A stretch of 21,101 nt of DNA, taken from Nautiliaceae bacterium. Lineage in GTDB: Bacteria; Campylobacterota; Campylobacteria; Campylobacterales; Nautiliaceae. A model generated the notes under the pieces. That model saw only the letters and a list, made by a program, of their open reading frames with translations, was not told where the DNA came from and ran no database searches. Within the stretch, counting starts at the first letter, position 1. Each line of letters begins with the position of its first letter. The stretch covers positions 91,054 through 112,154 of the forward strand of contig JALVVX010000025.1 in NCBI GenBank assembly GCA_027038555.1, read 5' to 3'. Below are positions 18,695 to 21,101 of this stretch, piece by piece. A program made the translations under genes and the position numbers.

Positions 18695-20662
18695 TCAAAA
18701 AGAATTAAGAAGTTTTTTTACTTTTTTTTCATCCCCCATTTTTAAATAAACAGAAATCAATTTACTTTGTAAATCTTCGTTTTTAGTATTAATTATCTCT
18801 CCAAAATATTTTTCGGCTTTCTTTCTATTTCCGGATTTATAATAACAGTATCCAAGGTAATATTTAAGATAATCCGTATTCGCAAAACCGTTTAAATATT
18901 TTATACAGTTTTTATAATTTTTTAATTTGAAATATATTTTACCTATTATTACGGAGTTTTCCCTTGACGGAGAAAGTTTATATGACATTAAAGCATATTT
19001 AAGAGCCAAATCCTGTTTATCGGTTTTTAAATAATCAAGAGCTTTGTGTAAATATACTTTTGATAAAATATTAGGATATTTTTTTAAATCTTCGTTTGTA
19101 TAATTCATAAGTCTTTTATAGTTACCCGTTTTTAATAAATAATAAAAAAATCTTTTTTTATCCAATAAATAAGCTTTATGATAATAATAATTTGCCATAT
19201 AAGATTTTAATCTCGTAAAAATATCTCCCGCTAAAACATTAACATCAAAATCATTAGGATATTTTTGAATTAAATCAATTATTTCTTTTTGAGCTTTTAC
19301 CAAATCGTTTTTTTTCAAATATTTTTTAATTTCTTTTATTTTTTCAATCTTACGTGCTTTTTTAATAATAGAGGACAAATTCGAAGTTAAAACTTCGGGC
19401 TTAGATATCTCATTCATAAATTTATCAGCTTTTTCAAAATTGTTTTCTTTAATATTCAATTCAAAATCATAAATTTTAGCTAAAACATTGTCTTTGTTAA
19501 TATTATAAAGCATATTTATATATTTTTGTGCTTTGGGAAAATCATTATCGTTAATGTTTTTTTCAATATTTTCTAAAAAAGAGAAAAATTTTTTTATATC
19601 ATAATTTGCAATTGTGTCATTTTTATTTAATAAAATTTTTTTTATATCAAGACATACAGAATCATTCTTTTTTTTACAAAAATAATTTATTTTTGAAATT
19701 TCCCCTGCATATAAAAGCGTTATTAAATATTTTTTATAAAAATTTTCATCTAATAACAACGGATTTAAAGAATTTAAAAAATTCACATTCACACTTTGAA
19801 AAGTTTTAGCTTTATAATAATTAAGTAAAACTTCGTCATTAATATTTTTTTTATACTCCATTGCTTTTAACAATTCATTGATTTTATCAAAATCAGAATG
19901 TAATTTTTTTAAATTCTTCATATGATATTTATAACATATATTGTTTTTAAGTTTTTCATATTTTTTATCTTGCTTAACTAATGAAAGCACCGTATAAACT
20001 TCACACGATTTTTTTAAATTCCCCGATGTTTGTATCAATTTTTCAGAATGAATATTTAATCTTTTTTTATTTTTTGTAATAAATTTTTTATTATGTAAAT
20101 CATTTAAAAAAACAATATTTTTTTTATTAATATTTTTTTTTGAAAAAAGATTTTTTAATTTATCGTTTTCAAATAAAAAATTAGCTTTTATAATTCTGTT
20201 TATTTTTATATCGGCAATTCTTACAAAAGCATTTTTTATATTTAATTTCTTTAAAAGTTTTTTTAAATCCTGTTTATTTTTTGAAGCTCCAATACGTATA
20301 GTATAATAATTTCCTATTTTTTCTATTCTTGCAAAAGGAAAATTTTTGAATTTATCAAAATATTTTTCCGCTGTTTTTTTATTTGTTGTCGATAATATCT
20401 GAATACTGTAAATATTAATTAAATTTTTAGTTAATATATTTGCTATTTTAGCACTAACGCCATTTTGTTTGGCAAAATTAACAAATCTTTTTAACTGATA
20501 TTTATCATCACTTTTATAACAAAGATATTTTTCAGTATTATATTTAACACATTCCACACCCAAATTATGAAGTTTTTGATAGTCTTTTGAAGATAAAACA
20601 ACAACATATTCCGCATGTAAAAAAATAAAAAAAAGTAATAATAAACCCCCTTTTTTAATCAT
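18695..20662 (-). CDS. Secreted SPOR-domain plus TPR-repeat protein (putative peptidoglycan-binding / cell-division-associated)
   Basis: 655 aa, K/N/Y-rich. N-terminal signal peptide (LLLLFFIFLHA). Two SPOR-like repeats (YVVVLSSKDYQKL...GVSAKI and YSIQILSTTNKKTAEKYFDKFKNFPFARIEKIGNYYTIRIGASKNKQDLKKLLKKLNIKNAFVRI). The C-terminal ~300 aa has TPR-like helical repeats (KAEKYFGEII, LALKYALMSYKLSP and others). Strong RBS AAGGGG. Confidence 0.75.
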   Translation of the reverse strand: MIKKGGLLLLFFIFLHAEYVVVLSSKDYQKLHNLGVECVKYNTEKYLCYKSDDKYQLKRFVNFAKQNGVSAKIANILTKNLINIYSIQILSTTNKKTAEKYFDKFKNFPFARIEKIGNYYTIRIGASKNKQDLKKLLKKLNIKNAFVRIADIKINRIIKANFLFENDKLKNLFSKKNINKKNIVFLNDLHNKKFITKNKKRLNIHSEKLIQTSGNLKKSCEVYTVLSLVKQDKKYEKLKNNICYKYHMKNLKKLHSDFDKINELLKAMEYKKNINDEVLLNYYKAKTFQSVNVNFLNSLNPLLLDENFYKKYLITLLYAGEISKINYFCKKKNDSVCLDIKKILLNKNDTIANYDIKKFFSFLENIEKNINDNDFPKAQKYINMLYNINKDNVLAKIYDFELNIKENNFEKADKFMNEISKPEVLTSNLSSIIKKARKIEKIKEIKKYLKKNDLVKAQKEIIDLIQKYPNDFDVNVLAGDIFTRLKSYMANYYYHKAYLLDKKRFFYYLLKTGNYKRLMNYTNEDLKKYPNILSKVYLHKALDYLKTDKQDLALKYALMSYKLSPSRENSVIIGKIYFKLKNYKNCIKYLNGFANTDYLKYYLGYCYYKSGNRKKAEKYFGEIINTKNEDLQSKLISVYLKMGDEKKVKKLLNSF

Positions 20663-20678
20663 CAGTTCCCCTTAAAAA

Positions 20679-20870
20679 CTAAATTAATCCCGCTTCATTT
20701 AAAATTGGTAATATTTTATCCCACCATTCTTCAATTTTTTCTTCTAAAAAAGCAATTGATTTTTTTTCATTATACCACTCTTTTAAATGTTCGATTACAG
20801 TGGCTTTTTCCACATCATCAAGTTCTTTTGATTTTTTAATTTTATCAATCGCTTTATTTAATTTTTCCAT
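20679..20870 (-). CDS. Small acidic alpha-helical protein of unknown function (63 aa)
   Basis: The ATG directly abuts the stop of the upstream NifX-like ORF (TAAATG). W-containing helical sequence (EEWWDKILPILNEAGLI). No recognisable family. Confidence 0.5.
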   Translation of the reverse strand: MEKLNKAIDKIKKSKELDDVEKATVIEHLKEWYNEKKSIAFLEEKIEEWWDKILPILNEAGLI

Positions 20871-21101
20871 TTAAAATCCTTTTTTTCCGCATTTCCAGCC
20901 TCTTTTGTTTTTAAACTCTGGCGGAAATTTGATATCATAATTCAAATTCTCAATCTCTTCAAGCGAATTTACTTTTAAAAAAATAATACCGTTGTCTCTT
21001 AATTTTTTAATAAGTCTACTATCAAGATGTTTTCCAATTAGAATATTAACATTTTTTGCTAAAAGCTCAAACTCTAAATTATAACTTTTTATAATTTCAC
21101 C
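20871..21101 (-). CDS. C-terminal 76 aa of a NifX/NifB-family (dinitrogenase FeMo-cofactor-like, PF02579-type) protein; 3' partial, the N-terminus lies beyond the right window edge
   Basis: Open minus-strand frame from the window end to TAA at 20871-20873. LAKNVNILIGKHLDSRLIKKLRDNGIIFLKVNSLEEIENL fits the ...V.AVI.G.IGP.A...L...GI.V... pattern of NifX/MTH1175-like domains. An extra Cys-containing tail, KFPPEFKNKRGWKCGKKGF, follows. Confidence 0.5.
   Translation of the reverse strand, partial: GEIIKSYNLEFELLAKNVNILIGKHLDSRLIKKLRDNGIIFLKVNSLEEIENLNYDIKFPPEFKNKRGWKCGKKGF

Noticed and set aside
1-21101. Whole-window search for tRNA/rRNA, CRISPR, IS/integrase, RM, TA and phage genes
   Set aside because: Every segment is accounted for by conserved housekeeping CDSs with tight junctions. 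No cloverleaf-like GC-rich segments, no spacer-repeat periodicity, and no transposase, integrase or nuclease motifs were seen.

Overview
This is a gene-dense, AT-rich (roughly 30% GC by eye) chromosomal segment whose proteins look like Campylobacterota (epsilonproteobacteria). The gene order leuS / secF-secD-yajC / lnt matches what I remember from Campylobacter and Helicobacter. Almost every base is coding. There are three long transcription units: a minus-strand run of small membrane protein, leuS, LptE-like lipoprotein, GGDEF cyclase, folC and mfd at positions 1-7180; a minus-strand yajC-secD-secF at 7257-10081; and a minus-strand ilvE-SPFH-hisIE-membrane protein-DEAD-box helicase run at 12484-17150. 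The plus strand carries lnt-bioD-hotdog thioesterase (10024-12481) and an aldehyde dehydrogenase (17236-18693). Two genes run off the window edges: mfd at the left, which the ORF track does not list, and a NifX/NifB-like protein at the right. I see no rRNA or tRNA genes, CRISPR array, IS element or integrase, restriction-modification system, toxin-antitoxin pair, or other recognisable defence or mobile module. The content is essentially core housekeeping. The observations most worth a second look are: (i) a roughly 116-bp heptanucleotide-periodic tract inserted in-frame into a conserved loop of bioD; (ii) a small hotdog thioesterase translationally coupled to bioD; (iii) a GGDEF cyclase with an intact I-site and an unrecognised N-terminal domain, stitched by overlapping codons into the leuS-folC-mfd operon; (iv) an lnt gene with no plausible ATG start; (v) a SPOR-TPR periplasmic protein; and (vi) a NifX-like gene coupled to a 63-aa ORF. 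Family assignments come from motif recognition by eye. No database search was possible.
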